Counted from the stretch's first letter, positions 19,049 to 30,757 are shown. The stretch: 64,000 bases of DNA from Carpediemonas membranifera BICM (GCA_019828565.1 JAHDYR010000020.1:167769-231768), one strand, 5' to 3'. Numbers and translations: made by a program. The notes: generated from the letters alone by a model not told the origin.

Positions 19049-21049
19049 CTACATGTACTCGTCGTCGATCTTCTCCATCTCCTGCTCCATGATCTCCATG
19101 TACTCGTCATCGTCCTCGACGTTCCATTGGACCTTGGTGCTCTCTCTCGTTGTCTTAACCTGCTCGAAGGTCTTGAAGAACTCCTCGACGTCATCCAGCC
19201 CTGCCGCCTTGCGCTTGACGGGAACGCCGACGTGACTAATGCCGGGTGCGTCCACACCGACGCGGGCCTTGGCCTTCTTGTCAGCAAACCGGTTCAGGTA
19301 CTGGATGAACGCGAAGTCCACAGAGGGCGTGCCCTTGAACCCGATCTTGCCCTTCCTTGCAAGCTCGTCCGTGATTGCTCTGACGGAAGGGTGGTAGTGC
19401 CGTGTGAGAGCGTGCGCCTCCCACAGCGCCACCCGGTTCGACCCGGACAGCCGGGGGTTTGGGCACACTGGGTCGTACGCCGTGACCGCGCTGGGGTCCG
19501 CTCGCTTGGCCTTGGCCTCGTCGTCGTCGGAGTCGGCGGTCTCAGCGGACTCGGGCTCGGGCTGGTGGGCCGCGACGTTAAGGATAAGACCGTCCTCCTC
19601 GTCGACTTCGAGCTCGACTGTGCGTGCCGTGGCCATCAGCATGGCGCCGATCTCCTTCCTCTGCCGGAGAATCGGGGGCAGGCGGATGACGGCCTCGCAC
19701 AACAGCGCGCTCGGCTCGATCATCGTGACCTGGAGCATCCGCTTGACAAGGGCAGCCGACCGCTCGAGCTCCTTGTCCGCGAGCACGATCTTGGCCACGA
19801 GTCCCACTAGCTCGGTGCCGTGGGCGGTGTGGTGCAGCTCCGGGGACAGCAGCAGGCGGTACGTCAGCAGGACAATGTGCTGGAACATGGGCGTGCCGGG
19901 GTCCGCGATCTCCATGAGGAAGGAGAGGCAGGCAATGCTCGTGGCGAGCGGAGAGGTCCGGGCAAGCTCGAAGAGGGCGTTGGCGTGGGTCTCGAAGCGG
20001 GCAAGGGCCTTCTTCTTGTCTGCGATGAAGGGCCCAGCACGGGCGAGGCCTTTGAGGACCAGGGCGACGATGGCGGGGTCGTACGACAAGTCGTCGGCAC
20101 CGCGGGTCTCGTCAGCAGCGGCAGCGGGCTTCTTCTTGCCCTTGCGGGGCTTCTTCGTCTTCTTAGCGAGCTCTCTGCCCTTCTTGGCGTCAGCGAGTTT
20201 GATGCTTTCCTGGATGGCCGAAGCAGAGTAGTGCCCGAGCTCACGGAGTTTCAGCTGGGTCATAAAGACCGTGAAATACGTCCCAACGAGCTGGTCGGCG
20301 ATGGGCATCTTCTTGGTGAGGCTCATCTGGGACATGAACGTGAGACAGTGCTTCAGCGACGTCATCTTGAGGCCCGACTGCATAAACTTGTCGACGGCAA
20401 TGGCGACGTCGACAGCCTTGTCGTGGTGGATGCCGAGGGTGCGCGCCAAGAGATGGACTGCCTCAGAGGAGACCTTCTTCTCAGGATCGCCGATCTTTGA
20501 GACGATGATGGCGAGGATGACAGAACTCTGCTCAGGCTTGTCCGTCAGAAGCTTGAAAAGCGTGCGCATCGCATCCAGACGGCGCTTGACGATTGTATCG
20601 TACGACATCTTCTCCACGTTGCGGAGGTAGCGGAGGTAGAGGGGTTTGAGCTTATCCTCGTACAAGGCCATGACGAGCGCGCCGTCAGTGATCTTGCCCT
20701 CAAACTTACGCTCATCGAAACGGATGAGCTCGCGGTCCTTGGGGAGGACCTCGAGGAAGACGTCGAGGAGGTGCTTCATGAGGTCGTGGAGGTGGTGCCG
20801 AGTGCCGTCGTCCATGAGATGGACAAGCTCCTCGAGGTATGCAATGTTGGTGTGCGGCTCGTTCAGGAATCCATAGGATAGCGCGTTGATGCGATCCATG
20901 AACGTACCGCTGCGGGCCATCTTGTCCATCATGGGATCTGCCTTCTTGTGCTCAACGAGGACCTTCAGCGCCTTCTGAGCGCGCTCCTTGAGCTCTGTAG
21001 TATTCTGAACGGCGGCCTTAGCAACCTTGTCAGCACGCTTCTTCCCCAT
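19049..21049 (-). CDS. MAK21: CEBPZ/Mak21/Noc1 ribosome biogenesis protein (CBF domain)
   Basis: SGTFMDRINAL, KPEQ...KIGDP, LWEAHALTRHYHPSV, YLNRF. Confidence 0.85.
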   Translation of the reverse strand: MGKKRADKVAKAAVQNTTELKERAQKALKVLVEHKKADPMMDKMARSGTFMDRINALSYGFLNEPHTNIAYLEELVHLMDDGTRHHLHDLMKHLLDVFLEVLPKDRELIRFDERKFEGKITDGALVMALYEDKLKPLYLRYLRNVEKMSYDTIVKRRLDAMRTLFKLLTDKPEQSSVILAIIVSKIGDPEKKVSSEAVHLLARTLGIHHDKAVDVAIAVDKFMQSGLKMTSLKHCLTFMSQMSLTKKMPIADQLVGTYFTVFMTQLKLRELGHYSASAIQESIKLADAKKGRELAKKTKKPRKGKKKPAAAADETRGADDLSYDPAIVALVLKGLARAGPFIADKKKALARFETHANALFELARTSPLATSIACLSFLMEIADPGTPMFQHIVLLTYRLLLSPELHHTAHGTELVGLVAKIVLADKELERSAALVKRMLQVTMIEPSALLCEAVIRLPPILRQRKEIGAMLMATARTVELEVDEEDGLILNVAAHQPEPESAETADSDDDEAKAKRADPSAVTAYDPVCPNPRLSGSNRVALWEAHALTRHYHPSVRAITDELARKGKIGFKGTPSVDFAFIQYLNRFADKKAKARVGVDAPGISHVGVPVKRKAAGLDDVEEFFKTFEQVKTTRESTKVQWNVEDDDEYMEIMEQEMEKIDDEYM

Positions 21050-21198
21050 TCAATACAACACACAGCAGAAGAGAGCAATGAGTGCAGTTTATGTCAGTCG
21101 CAGTTTAGTCGCGACTTGGGCGTTCCCATGCAGTATACTCGCCTCAAACTCACTCAGTATGAGATAGATAGCGGTTTAGTAAAAGTGAGTATTGCGCG

Positions 21199-22368
21199 TT
21201 AAACCATGTCTCCATCGGGTGAGTGGTGAGTGTCGATGGCCACGGTGCGGAGGGGCGGGGAGCCGTTCAGCTCGTGCGAGGCATGATGGCGCGGGGTGAG
21301 CTCGCTGACGGATGACACGGCGGACAGGATGGCCTTGCTGGCGGCGCTGATTCCCTTATGAAGCTGCGGGAGCTGCGGCATGCTAGTGCCCTTCGACAGC
21401 ATCTGCCCGCCGCCGAGGACATCAGCTTCCATGATTGCCTTGATGCGGGCGTCCTTGGTGTAGTGGAACTCGGCCAGGACGACCGTGAGCACAGCGAAGA
21501 AGGAGCCAATGATGAAGCCGCCGATGACGTCCGTGGAATGGTGGTGATGGTCTACCGTCCGGCTGACGCCAACAAACGACCCGAAGAACATGGGGAGGGT
21601 GCTCAGGGCAAACCAGCCGGCCGGACTGACCAATGCTCGGAGCTGCATGAGCTTGGGATACTTCCAGACCTCGCCACGAACAATAAAAGTCAGAACGCAC
21701 ACGATAGACACGTACAGCGACAGGAACATGGAGAACGAGGCATGGCCAGAGGGGAAGGAGAGGCGGCCATCGAAGACGATAGAGGCGGGGCCAGTGCACT
21801 TCTCGGCAGCAGCATCCCACTGGCACCTGTCGATGAAGTCAGGGCGGAGTCGGGCTGCGACGACCTTGATGAAACTAACAATGAGAAACATCATGCTGGC
21901 ACAAAGGGCGCCGATGAACAGATAGAGCACAGCTAGACGCCGTGACTGAGTCACTGCGATCAGCAGGGGGACGGCTAACATGCCGAGGACCAGGAAGAGA
22001 ATAACAACGAGGGAAGGAACAATGCTTGCCTCCATAGTGTAGCCAATGGACTCGTCGGTCAAGCTGAACTCTCGGTGGTTGATGAAATGCTCCATGATTA
22101 ATCGCAAGCTGAGAATCCCGCCGAGAGAGAGGAAGACGACAGATATGATGAAGTCCGCGCAGATGTTGAGAAGAAGGAGGCGGTTTGTGTGCGCCCAGTC
22201 GCATGATTTTGCTAAATATGGATTCATTGCACCAGTATTCGTTCTTAGCGCGGCCTGTGGCCTGATTTTGCTAATCAGGTTGTCTCGCACCCGAAGACAA
22301 GAGAGCATCATTTCCTCGGACTCAGAGGGTAAGTTTAGTGATGGTGCGGTAGAGACATGGACGGTCAC
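21199..22368 (-). CDS. PAP2-family lipid phosphate phosphatase (start uncertain)
   Basis: KVVAARLRPDF, SFPSGH and SRTVDHHHHSTDV motifs; several TM helices. Confidence 0.9.
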   Translation of the reverse strand: MTVHVSTAPSLNLPSESEEMMLSCLRVRDNLISKIRPQAALRTNTGAMNPYLAKSCDWAHTNRLLLLNICADFIISVVFLSLGGILSLRLIMEHFINHREFSLTDESIGYTMEASIVPSLVVILFLVLGMLAVPLLIAVTQSRRLAVLYLFIGALCASMMFLIVSFIKVVAARLRPDFIDRCQWDAAAEKCTGPASIVFDGRLSFPSGHASFSMFLSLYVSIVCVLTFIVRGEVWKYPKLMQLRALVSPAGWFALSTLPMFFGSFVGVSRTVDHHHHSTDVIGGFIIGSFFAVLTVVLAEFHYTKDARIKAIMEADVLGGGQMLSKGTSMPQLPQLHKGISAASKAILSAVSSVSELTPRHHASHELNGSPPLRTVAIDTHHSPDGDMV

Positions 22369-22627
22369 TCCACGCGTGACCCGTCCCGACAGCCCCCTCT
22401 TAAAAGTGCACTCGTTCCCGTGCTGTTCAGCAGAGTGAACGACTTCTCTTCACTCCCGAGCCGATTGCGACCAAATCTTCTCCGAAGATTGGGGTCGAAC
22501 ATTCAGATTCGAGACGAGTGTCGCAGCAGCCGAGTCACTGGGAGAGCTGCCGGGTCAAGCATTGGTGACGCAGCAGAGACCACTGAAGGTGCCCGCCCCG
22601 GCACGTAAGTGCAAGAAATTGTGCAAT

Positions 22628-23115
22628 TTAGTGGTCACAGTGCTGGAGGTACTCCTGGTAGTCGGCCTGGGTCATGAGGCCGTCGAGCTCCTCGAGGTCA
22701 GAGATCTGGACCTCAGCGATCCAGCCGAGGAAGGGGTCCTCGTTGATCATGGCGGGGCGGGACTCGAGCTCGCTGTTGACGCCGGTGACGATGCCAGCAA
22801 CGGGCATGACGACGTCAGAAGCGGCCTTGACGGACTCGACGGCGCAGAGGACTTCCTCCTTTGTAACCTCGGCGTCAATCTCGGGGAGCTCGGCGTACAC
22901 GATCTCACCAAGGTGCGTGGCGGCATACCTGCGTTATAATAACCTGTTGAACGTACTGAGTGATGCCAACCTTCCCGATCTTGTCCTCTACGTCGATGAA
23001 CTCGTGAGTCTGTGTCAGACGGGGCATGGGAGGTGCAAACCTTCGTGAAGTACTTAACAGAAGCAAAGCGAGCAAAAGCACCGGAAGTAAAGGAAGAAGA
23101 AACGCGAGAGAGCAT
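22628..23115 (-). CDS. GCSH: Glycine cleavage system H protein with N-terminal organellar targeting peptide; two introns (31 and 28 nt)
   Basis: MLSRVSSSFTSGAFARFASVKYFTK|THEFI...GITQ|YAATHLGEIVY; lipoyl motif VESVKAAS. Confidence 0.92.
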
Positions 23116-24008
23116 TGTAATGGGGAGAGAAGACCGAATCTGACCACGTGTCGTCGCTTGTCCAGATCGTATCAGATTGGAAAAATGGAGGATCCGGGTT
23201 ATCTGGTCTGATACAAGATCGGTATGGCGCCATGGCGGGATAGGAGAACGAGCTGGGGGCGTCAGTGAGCTGAGTCCTATTTGAAATTTCCAGTGATGGA
23301 ATAACTCAACGGATTTTGTAAGTGCAAACAGGCATACACAGCCTCCTGGTTGTAACACCGTGATCTGATGTTGGGCTCTGAAGAAACCTTAACACACTGG
23401 GGAGTATCAACAGATACCGTCATCAACGAACGAAAGAGCGATACAATTCTTGCCATTTTCATTTAAGCCGGAAGCGAGTTGATTGGTATTGATGTTGTTA
23501 CTTAAAGATAGTTGTGCATGGCGTCATGATCCTGTGTAATGATGTGTTGTGTGTGAAAGTCAGGAAGAAGACAGATTCTCGTCACTGAACAATACGACGG
23601 GGCAAGTTTTTCATCATTCACACATTGAAACGAACGACTGGCAAGGACGGACTGGTTCATTCATGAGTTTGCTCATGTTTCTGCAGAGTGTTTGCAGGAA
23701 ACCCGATGTCCGGCAAAATTGGTCAAAAATGTCAGAGTGCAGAATTGATTAATTACTTTGGTGGAGAGGTCCGACTGTCATACGGGAAGGGAGCACAGAC
23801 AGCCTGCGGGCCAAATGCGCGCCAACTACTGCAGAAATTGTCGACCACATCATTTGGAAGAGTTCCTGGGGCTTGATACTCTCCGCAACCGGCCAAATAA
23901 AATCCATTCGAGTAGAAAATGCACCTCTTTAGGACAGCACGCATGTGTTGGCCTCGAGTCCGCCATGTTGCATGAAGTTCAGGGGCACACCGGTCTGCAG
24001 GGTTCAGC

Positions 24009-24809
24009 ATGAGAAACGGAACCTGTAATTTACTTAGAGGTTCTTGATGTGGCCCTTGAGGGCAGCGAGGGCGGCGGTGTCCTCGCCCCAGTTGGTGAGG
24101 CAGGCGGAGGAGCAAGCGACGACCTTGCAGGCCTCGCCCTCCTCGTTGAAGCGGCAGAGGCCGGCCCACTCGCCGAGGGTCTTCTTGGACTCAACCTGCA
24201 TGAGGGGAACCTCGCGGTCCTTGCAGAGGGCGGTAACCTGTGTGATGCGGCGGGCGGAGAGAACAAACGAGCTTGGTGTACTGCTGGTTGTCGCAGTCGG
24301 CGGCGAGGAGGCAGATGACGGCGCGCTTGCTGTCAACGGCCTTGGCAACCTCGCGGAGGCCGCGGAGGAGGCCGTCGGTGAAGCGGGCGGACTTCATGAC
24401 CTCGCGGAGAGCCTCCATGGGCTCGTAGGTGACGGGGGAAACCTCGGTGGTCTCGACAGTCTGAACTTTGTTAGCACGCGTCGTGATCTTCACGAACCAG
24501 GGGTCTCAGCGTCCATAGTTGAATGCTTCCTCGATCGCCCTTTTTTCGCCAAAAAAAGTTGCACGAAAAAAGCTGGCGCTGGGCGATAGCGCGCGGCAGA
24601 GCGGACTCGGATGGCGCTGTGACAGGCGATCCCGCAGTACGCCGCCGACTCAGCGCCACAGTGCAGGGATCTGACGTGCGAGCTCGTCTTCGTGTTCGAA
24701 GCAGTCCGCCTGGCAATAAACGTTCCCTGGCGTGATTTATGCCGTACAGCAAAGAATGGAAACACACCCGCGCCTAAGCTTAGCCTTGGTGGAAATTCTG
24801 AGGTCAAAC
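24009..24809 (+). repeat. About 800-bp duplication (RPS12 plus upstream region), copy 1
   Basis: Near-identical to 29956-30757. Confidence 0.95.
24034..24516 (-). CDS. RPS12: 40S ribosomal protein S12 (eS12), copy 1; introns of 32 and 31 nt
   Basis: DGLLRGLREVAKA...YTKL|VTALC...LGEWAGLC...KVVACS after splicing. Confidence 0.93.
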
Positions 24810-24861
24810 ACGACCCCCACAGCGAGCGCTAATCTCTTGGCCGCCGCAGCGCACACACCGC

Positions 24862-25182
24862 CTAGTGCTTGGCGACATTCTGACCCTTCGTATACATGCT
24901 GTTGATGAGCGATTGCCGCTCAAGATCCTCGGCACTGGTCTCTTGCTGGAGAAGTGCGGCCTTGACGTCCTCCTCGTTCTTCATGGCACGGATCTGGTCA
25001 AAGTCATCCTTCACGTGGCTCACAAAGTACTGCTGGAAGTTCTAGAGTAAGTATGGATGCGTACTAGGGACGAACGTAGTCCTTGAAAGATTCAGCGGCC
25101 TTGAGAGAGCGCTTGAAGCTGTGTTAGGCTAGATGTCTTGGTGTACAAACAGTGATTCAATAGATGAACTGAGAGCGGACAT
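24862..25182 (-). CDS. ISD11: Isd11/LYRM4 (Fe-S cluster ISC cysteine desulfurase partner), 84 aa; introns 25119-25150 and 25042-25075
   Basis: Spliced: MSALSSSIESLFKRSLKAAESFKDYNFQQYFVSHVKDDF...LERQSLINSMY; LYR-like LFK, F-x-x-YNF and RQ-x-x-I-x-x-x-Y motifs. Confidence 0.82.
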
Positions 25183-25630
25183 TCCTGATGTTCCTGTCTT
25201 GGCAATGGGGTGCATGGACGGAATTCATGTCCACATGTATAACATAAATGTATGGAGACTGATCATGTCAAGACTCCTCTGCCCTTTGGATGGCATAGGC
25301 CTCGTCAATGACCCCCTGCAGAGCTCAGACAGCGGCTCCCAGCGCATGCAACACCCCCAGAAGACAGCTCTGCCATGCGCCCGCCGACCCTCGGATACAG
25401 CTCGGGCTGCCCCTGCCCGTGGACAGCACTAGTACTTCTCACGGCAGAGACCGTCACACGTGCACATCAACGTGTTCGCATGTTCACCACCCAGCCGCTC
25501 GTCCTGCCAGCCCTCCGGGCCAGGGCTGGGTGCTGGGTGTGGAGCGGTGTACTCGGGCTGACAGTCGAGGCTCTGGGGACGTTGTTCGTGCCGGTTTACT
25601 AAACTGCACACTTTCGTCCAACAGCCTCCC

Positions 25631-27262
25631 ATGCCTCGCCAGATGAGCAATGCGAGGCGTAACTATGAACAACACGTTGAACGCGTCCGAGAAGCTGACT
25701 ATCAGGTCAAAGTTCTTGTTTGTTCTCCTCCGTTAGCTCAGAAATTCTTACCGTAGGAAGGTTTCGTCAACCAGTCCCGCCAGATGAGCCAATATGGCAA
25801 GGCTGATGCTAAAGTAGGTAATATGAGACGTGCCCGCCTTCTCGCCGAGATTGAGCGTGAACGGCAGCTTGAGGAGGAGCTCGAGGCCCGCGTCCAGGCC
25901 GAGGAGTGCCGTGCTGCTGAGCAGGCGCGCCAGGAACGCCTCTGCGCCGAAGTTGCCGCCAGACGTGATGAGAAGATCCGGGACGAGAAGGTCCGCCAAC
26001 AGATCCGGCAGGAGTCGCACGAGCTCAGGGAGCTGGAGGCCAAGCTCAAGGCAGCCCTCCACGGCCACGACATGGCCCTGCAGATAGAGCAGAACAAGCT
26101 CTTGGCCGCCCAGCGTCACCGCGAGGACCTTGAGGCCGAGCTGCGCGACATTGAGATCCTCGAGGCCCAGAAGCAGAACGACGAGGCCGAGGCCGAGAGG
26201 AAGCTGATGGCCAACCTGCAGACCAAGAGCATCCTCGAGCACCAGATGGACGAGAAGTACCAGGTCCGCATGGCCGAGCTCGAGGCCAAGCGGCGCGAGG
26301 AGGCTGAGGTCGATCGCATCGTCGAGGAGCTGTATGCCGAGGAGGAGGCCGCCGAGCAGGCCCGGGCGGCGAAGAAGCAGGCGCTGATCGCAGACATGAA
26401 CGACTATCTGGCGAAGCGGGCGGAGTACATTGCCTGGGAGCGGCAGATGCTGGCCGAGGAGGAAGAGCTCATCGCCCAGCACCAGCGGGAGAACGAGGAC
26501 CGCGAGAACCGCGCGACGATGGCCAAGCAGCGGGTCGATGTCGAGAAGGAGAAGATTTACGAGAGAATCGCCGAGGAGATCGAGGAGAAGCGCCGCCGCC
26601 GCCAAGAGCTCGAGGACCTCCGCGTCGACCTCGCATTCGCCGAAAAAGAGATGCAGGCGGCGCTGGACGAGATGGAGCAGGCCGAGCGGCGCCGGGTGAA
26701 GCAGGCTGAGCTCATGGCCGCCCAGGAGGCCGCCGTCGCCCAGCGCATGGAGGACCAGAGGCAGGCTGAGCTCAGGGAGGCCGAGCTGGCGTCCGTCATG
26801 CAGCGGCAACAGGCAGAGGAGGCCCAGCGCGTGGCACGCGAGGAGGAGGCGAAGGAGGCCCGTCGGAAGGCCCACGCCGAGCTCCTGCGGCAGCAGCTCC
26901 GGGAACAGGAGGAGCAGCAGCAGCGCGCCATAGAACGTCAGAAGGCTGAGCTCGCCAAGCAGGAGGCAGACGCGGCTGCCCGGCAACGTATTCTCGAGGA
27001 GGAGAAGGCCAAGCTCCTCGCCCAGTTCGCCCCCGTGCTCGCCCAGCACAACCGACTGGGCCCGACCCTGCTCAAGGAAGAGGACGTCGCCCTCCTCGAC
27101 GAGGGCACCAAGCGGCTCATCGGCAGGGCGCCCGCGACCCAGGCCCCGCCCGCCGACCGTCTCGAGGAGGAGCTTCGCGCGGTGGAGGAGGAGCAGGCGG
27201 CCGTGGAGAAAGATAAGAAGCACAGCATGGAGCAGTTCTACAGCTCACGGCGGCTGTGGTAG
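25631..27262 (+). CDS. MNS1: MNS1 (TPH-domain axonemal coiled-coil protein); probable intron 25706-25756
   Basis: QIRQESHELRELEAKLKAA, RQELEDLR, EKAKLLAQFA motifs; TAAACTGCAC at 25600-25609. Confidence 0.8.
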
Positions 27263-27685
27263 TGTAAAGTAAGTTCCTCCATTTTTATTATGATTATTGA
27301 TCGATCACACGATCTTCATTGCTGAGGCGGACGGTTTCCTGCACCCAGCCCTCACGGACGAGGGCGTACTCACTGAGATCCACCCCGTCGCCGATGGGAC
27401 CGACGGGCGTGTGCAGCGAGATGCTGAACGTCGACGCTTACTTCATCATTACCCGACGCATGATGACGGTCATGTACGGAGAGATGTGTATCGTCACGCC
27501 GTACTCCTTCGAGACCGACGGGGCCAGCGAGGGGGCTGCAGAAGTTGACCCTGCGCCGTCCCCTTCCGGGCACTGCACCCGCCACCGCTGGTCGAGTCGT
27601 CTGTCGAGTCCGCCGCCTTCCCCTCAGAAGACGAGGGCAGCAGGAGCGCCATGCAGTGGCGCCAGCCCTCTACCCGCCCTGCCAA

Positions 27686-28108
27686 TCACGGCCTGACCAG
27701 TCGGGCCCGCTCCGTCGTCTGCTGGATACGGGAGGCCTTGTCAGCGACCTTGGTCATGTTCCGCGAGCTTAAAAGCTTGTTGCTCGACACTGTGGCTGCG
27801 TACTCGGCTTCAATGCGGTCGATCTCTGCCTCATACTTCCTGTGGACATCGCGAGCTTGGCTGTGGATGAATGCTTTCATTTCCTTGTCAATATGAGCTT
27901 TCTCCTCCACTAAATTAGCTCGTTCCTTGGCCAAGCCTTCAATTTCTTGCTCCTGTAGGGATACCATGTCCTTGAGCTGTGTTATGACCTTCTCCATCAG
28001 TGCAATGGACTCCTGCTTGGACTCGACGTAGTATTCCATCTCTGCAGACAAAATCTGCATACAATCTTCCTCATCCATCGGTGCTTGTGGCGTCGTCATC
28101 ATTGTCAT
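27686..28108 (-). CDS. Small coiled-coil hypothetical protein (start may be ATG 28078)
   Basis: 140-aa ORF; promoter-like motif at 28110-28119. Confidence 0.55.
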   Translation of the reverse strand: MTMMTTPQAPMDEEDCMQILSAEMEYYVESKQESIALMEKVITQLKDMVSLQEQEIEGLAKERANLVEEKAHIDKEMKAFIHSQARDVHRKYEAEIDRIEAEYAATVSSNKLLSSRNMTKVADKASRIQQTTERARLVRP

Positions 28109-28284
28109 AGTGCAGTTTTAGAATTGCGCTCTGTCTGCAGTGCGGCTGTTAGAGCTCGACTCCACACCGCGCAAGGTCTGCGGTCGTTAACCTGGCATAT
28201 GTTCAGGATGGATCAAGCGTCGACCACAGCTTGGCTGGAATCAACAATAAACTACGCTCTTTAATTCCGATCAGACAAGAGGGC

Positions 28285-29751
28285 TCACTCAGCCTTCGCG
28301 GCCTTCTTCGCAGCCTTGGCCTCCTTCTTCGCCTTCTTGGCGGCCTTCCGTGCCTTGCGCTCCTCCTTGGTCTCGCCCTCGTGCTTGCTCTTCTTCTCCT
28401 TCTTCTCCACAACGGGCTCCTCAGCCTCGACGACCTCCTCTACGCGGGCCTTCTTCTCGGCCTCGGGACCAGGGGCGGCCTTGCGCTTGCCAGTGACGAC
28501 GTCCTTGGAGGCGTCGTAGTACGTGGCCTGCTGCCTGCTCCCCTCCTTCGACTGGCGCTGGTACGACTTGATCGGCTGGGCCACGCCGCTGGCACCGCGA
28601 CCACGGCCCTCGACAATGGCGATGCGCTCCTCGACCTTGCGGAGGGACTCCATGCCGAGCTCAGCGGTGGGGGTGTCCTCAGCGAGGGCGTCTACGCGGG
28701 CGCAGAGGGACGCCTTGGCGGAAAGAACACGGGAGATCTTGCCCTTGTTCTTGGCACTGGCCTGGCCGACGAGGGAGGCGTTGAAGATGAGGCCGTACTT
28801 AGGCGTGTCATGGCGGGTCTTAAGGGCGCGGAAGAGGGCCTTCTCGGCGCCGAGGATCTGGAGGGTAGACGCGGGGAACTTGGCGAGCGAAAGAACAGAC
28901 CCGGCGTGGGAGATGAGCTTGGCGCCAACCAGCTCGCCGACGAGGACAGAGAGGTTGGGGGCAACCGCGCGCATGCGGGAGACGAGGTAGCCGGAGAGCT
29001 TTCTGTGGTACGCCGAGAGGTCGATGACCTGATCTGCGAGGGCGGTGATCGAGGCCATATCCTCGTTAGTGATGCCGGTACCCATGGAGAGCTTGGCGGC
29101 CTCGCGGATGCGGGCAGCGACGGAGTCCTCGTGGAAGTGGAGGTCAGCCTTGGGGGCGGTGGTCTTGAGCTGCAGGGCCTTGACGGTCTGGGCATAGAGC
29201 ACGTGGTCGGGGATGATGGGGGCGAGCTCGGGGAAGTGCCAGCCGTACCACTCGCGGAGGCGCATGCAGTAGTTGTTGAGCTCCTTCTCGATGTCGTCGA
29301 GGAGTGAGACGGCCTGAACAATCATGGTATCAACCTTCTCGGCGCTGAACTTGAGAGTGTAACGGGAAAGAGAGTGGGAGAGGCCCAGGGCAGCCGCGTT
29401 CATGTCATCGGGCTTCAGTTGGGGGATGAGCTCGTACATGTGGGTACGGATCTCACGCATCATGCCGTTGATCTCCTCGTTGTAAACGCATTGGATCGGG
29501 AGAGCGTTCTTGATTGTTGGCACAAGCTTGGAGTCGGCAACAGCAAGCTTGTCCTTGATACCCTTGTCGACAATGTTATCCTTAAGGAACTGCTCAAGAG
29601 ATTCGCTCATCTTGCCCTCAATAAGAGCGGCATTGGCCTCAAGAGACTCCTGGATAGACGAAAACTGCATGAAGCTGCTAATCTTGGGAAGGCCTTTCTT
29701 GCCAGACTTCATCAGCGCATAACCGGAAGCAGTTTCAAACAGAACCAACAT
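28285..29751 (-). CDS. NOP58: Box C/D snoRNP protein Nop58
   Basis: MLVLFETASGYAL, KVDTMIVQAVSLLDD, REWYGWHFPEL, TPKYGLIF; KKE-rich tail. Confidence 0.95.
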   Translation of the reverse strand: MLVLFETASGYALMKSGKKGLPKISSFMQFSSIQESLEANAALIEGKMSESLEQFLKDNIVDKGIKDKLAVADSKLVPTIKNALPIQCVYNEEINGMMREIRTHMYELIPQLKPDDMNAAALGLSHSLSRYTLKFSAEKVDTMIVQAVSLLDDIEKELNNYCMRLREWYGWHFPELAPIIPDHVLYAQTVKALQLKTTAPKADLHFHEDSVAARIREAAKLSMGTGITNEDMASITALADQVIDLSAYHRKLSGYLVSRMRAVAPNLSVLVGELVGAKLISHAGSVLSLAKFPASTLQILGAEKALFRALKTRHDTPKYGLIFNASLVGQASAKNKGKISRVLSAKASLCARVDALAEDTPTAELGMESLRKVEERIAIVEGRGRGASGVAQPIKSYQRQSKEGSRQQATYYDASKDVVTGKRKAAPGPEAEKKARVEEVVEAEEPVVEKKEKKSKHEGETKEERKARKAAKKAKKEAKAAKKAAKAE

Positions 29752-29955
29752 CTCTCTCGTCTATACGGCAGCTCAGCGACACGACTCGAAACGACTCGAG
29801 AAAATGAAAGGGTCAACTGAGAATACGAATTGAGAGCCATAGAGGGAGACTAGCGTATTGGGAAGTGAACGCGTCAAACTTAGACCAGCCAGGCGCAATT
29901 ATAGTTGGAAAATTTGGTACAAGATTGGTTCCAATATGAGGAAGCTGAGCCGAAA

Positions 29956-30757
29956 ATGAGGAAGCGGAACCTGTAATTTACTTAGAGGTTCTTGATGTGG
30001 CCCTTGAGGGCAGCGAGGGCGGCGGTGTCCTCGCCCCAGTTGGTGAGGCAGGCGGAGGAGCAAGCGACGACCTTGCAGGCCTCGCCCTCCTCGTTGAAGC
30101 GGCAGAGGCCGGCCCACTCGCCGAGGGTCTTCTTGGACTCAACCTGCATGAGGGGAACCTCGCGGTCCTTGCAGAGGGCGGTAACCTGTGTGATGCGGCG
30201 GGCGGAGAGAACAAACGAGCTTGGTGTACTGCTGGTTGTCGCAGTCGGCGGCGAGGAGGCAGATGACGGCGCGCTTGCTGTCAACGGCCTTGGCAACCTC
30301 GCGGAGGCCGCGGAGGAGGCCGTCGGTGAAGCGGGCGGACTTCATGACCTCGCGGAGAGCCTCCATGGGCTCGTAGGTGACGGGGGAAACCTCGGTGGTC
30401 TCGACAGTCTGAACTTTGTTAGCACGCGTCGTGATCTTCACGAACCAGGCGTCTCAGCGTCCATAGTTGAATGCTTCCTCGATCGCCCTTTTTTCGCCAA
30501 AAAAAGTTGCACGAAAAAAGCTGGCGCTGGGCGATAGCGCGCGGCAGAGCGGACTCGGATGGCGCTGTGACAGGCGATCCCGCAGTACGCCGCCGACTCA
30601 GCGCCACAGTGCAGGGATCTGACGTGCGAGCTCGTCTTCGTGTTCGAAGCAGTCCGCCTGGCAATAAACGTTCTCTGGCGTGATTTATGCCGTACAGCAA
30701 AGAATGGAAACACACCCGCGCCTAAGCTTAGCCTTGGTGGAAATTCTGAGGTCAAAC
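29956..30757 (+). repeat. About 800-bp duplication, copy 2
   Basis: Near-identical to 24009-24809 (offset 5948). Confidence 0.95.
29982..30464 (-). CDS. RPS12: 40S ribosomal protein S12, copy 2
   Basis: Same exon/intron structure and protein as copy 1. Confidence 0.93.

Noticed and set aside
23200-24000. AT-richer intergenic block with short ORFs
   Set aside because: No repeats, TIRs or protein motifs that I can support.
25748-27223. 491-aa minus-strand ORF and many other long antisense ORFs (e.g. 34671-36314, 28231-29307, 50404-51501, 58253-59314)
   Set aside because: Shadow ORFs caused by high GC3 on the opposite, clearly homologous gene; no motifs.
27295-27680. Minus-strand ORF-like stretch with internal stops, considered as alternative genetic code (TAA/TAG = Gln)
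   Set aside because: Conserved genes here end normally at TAA, TAG or TGA; more likely a decayed fragment with no recognisable homology.
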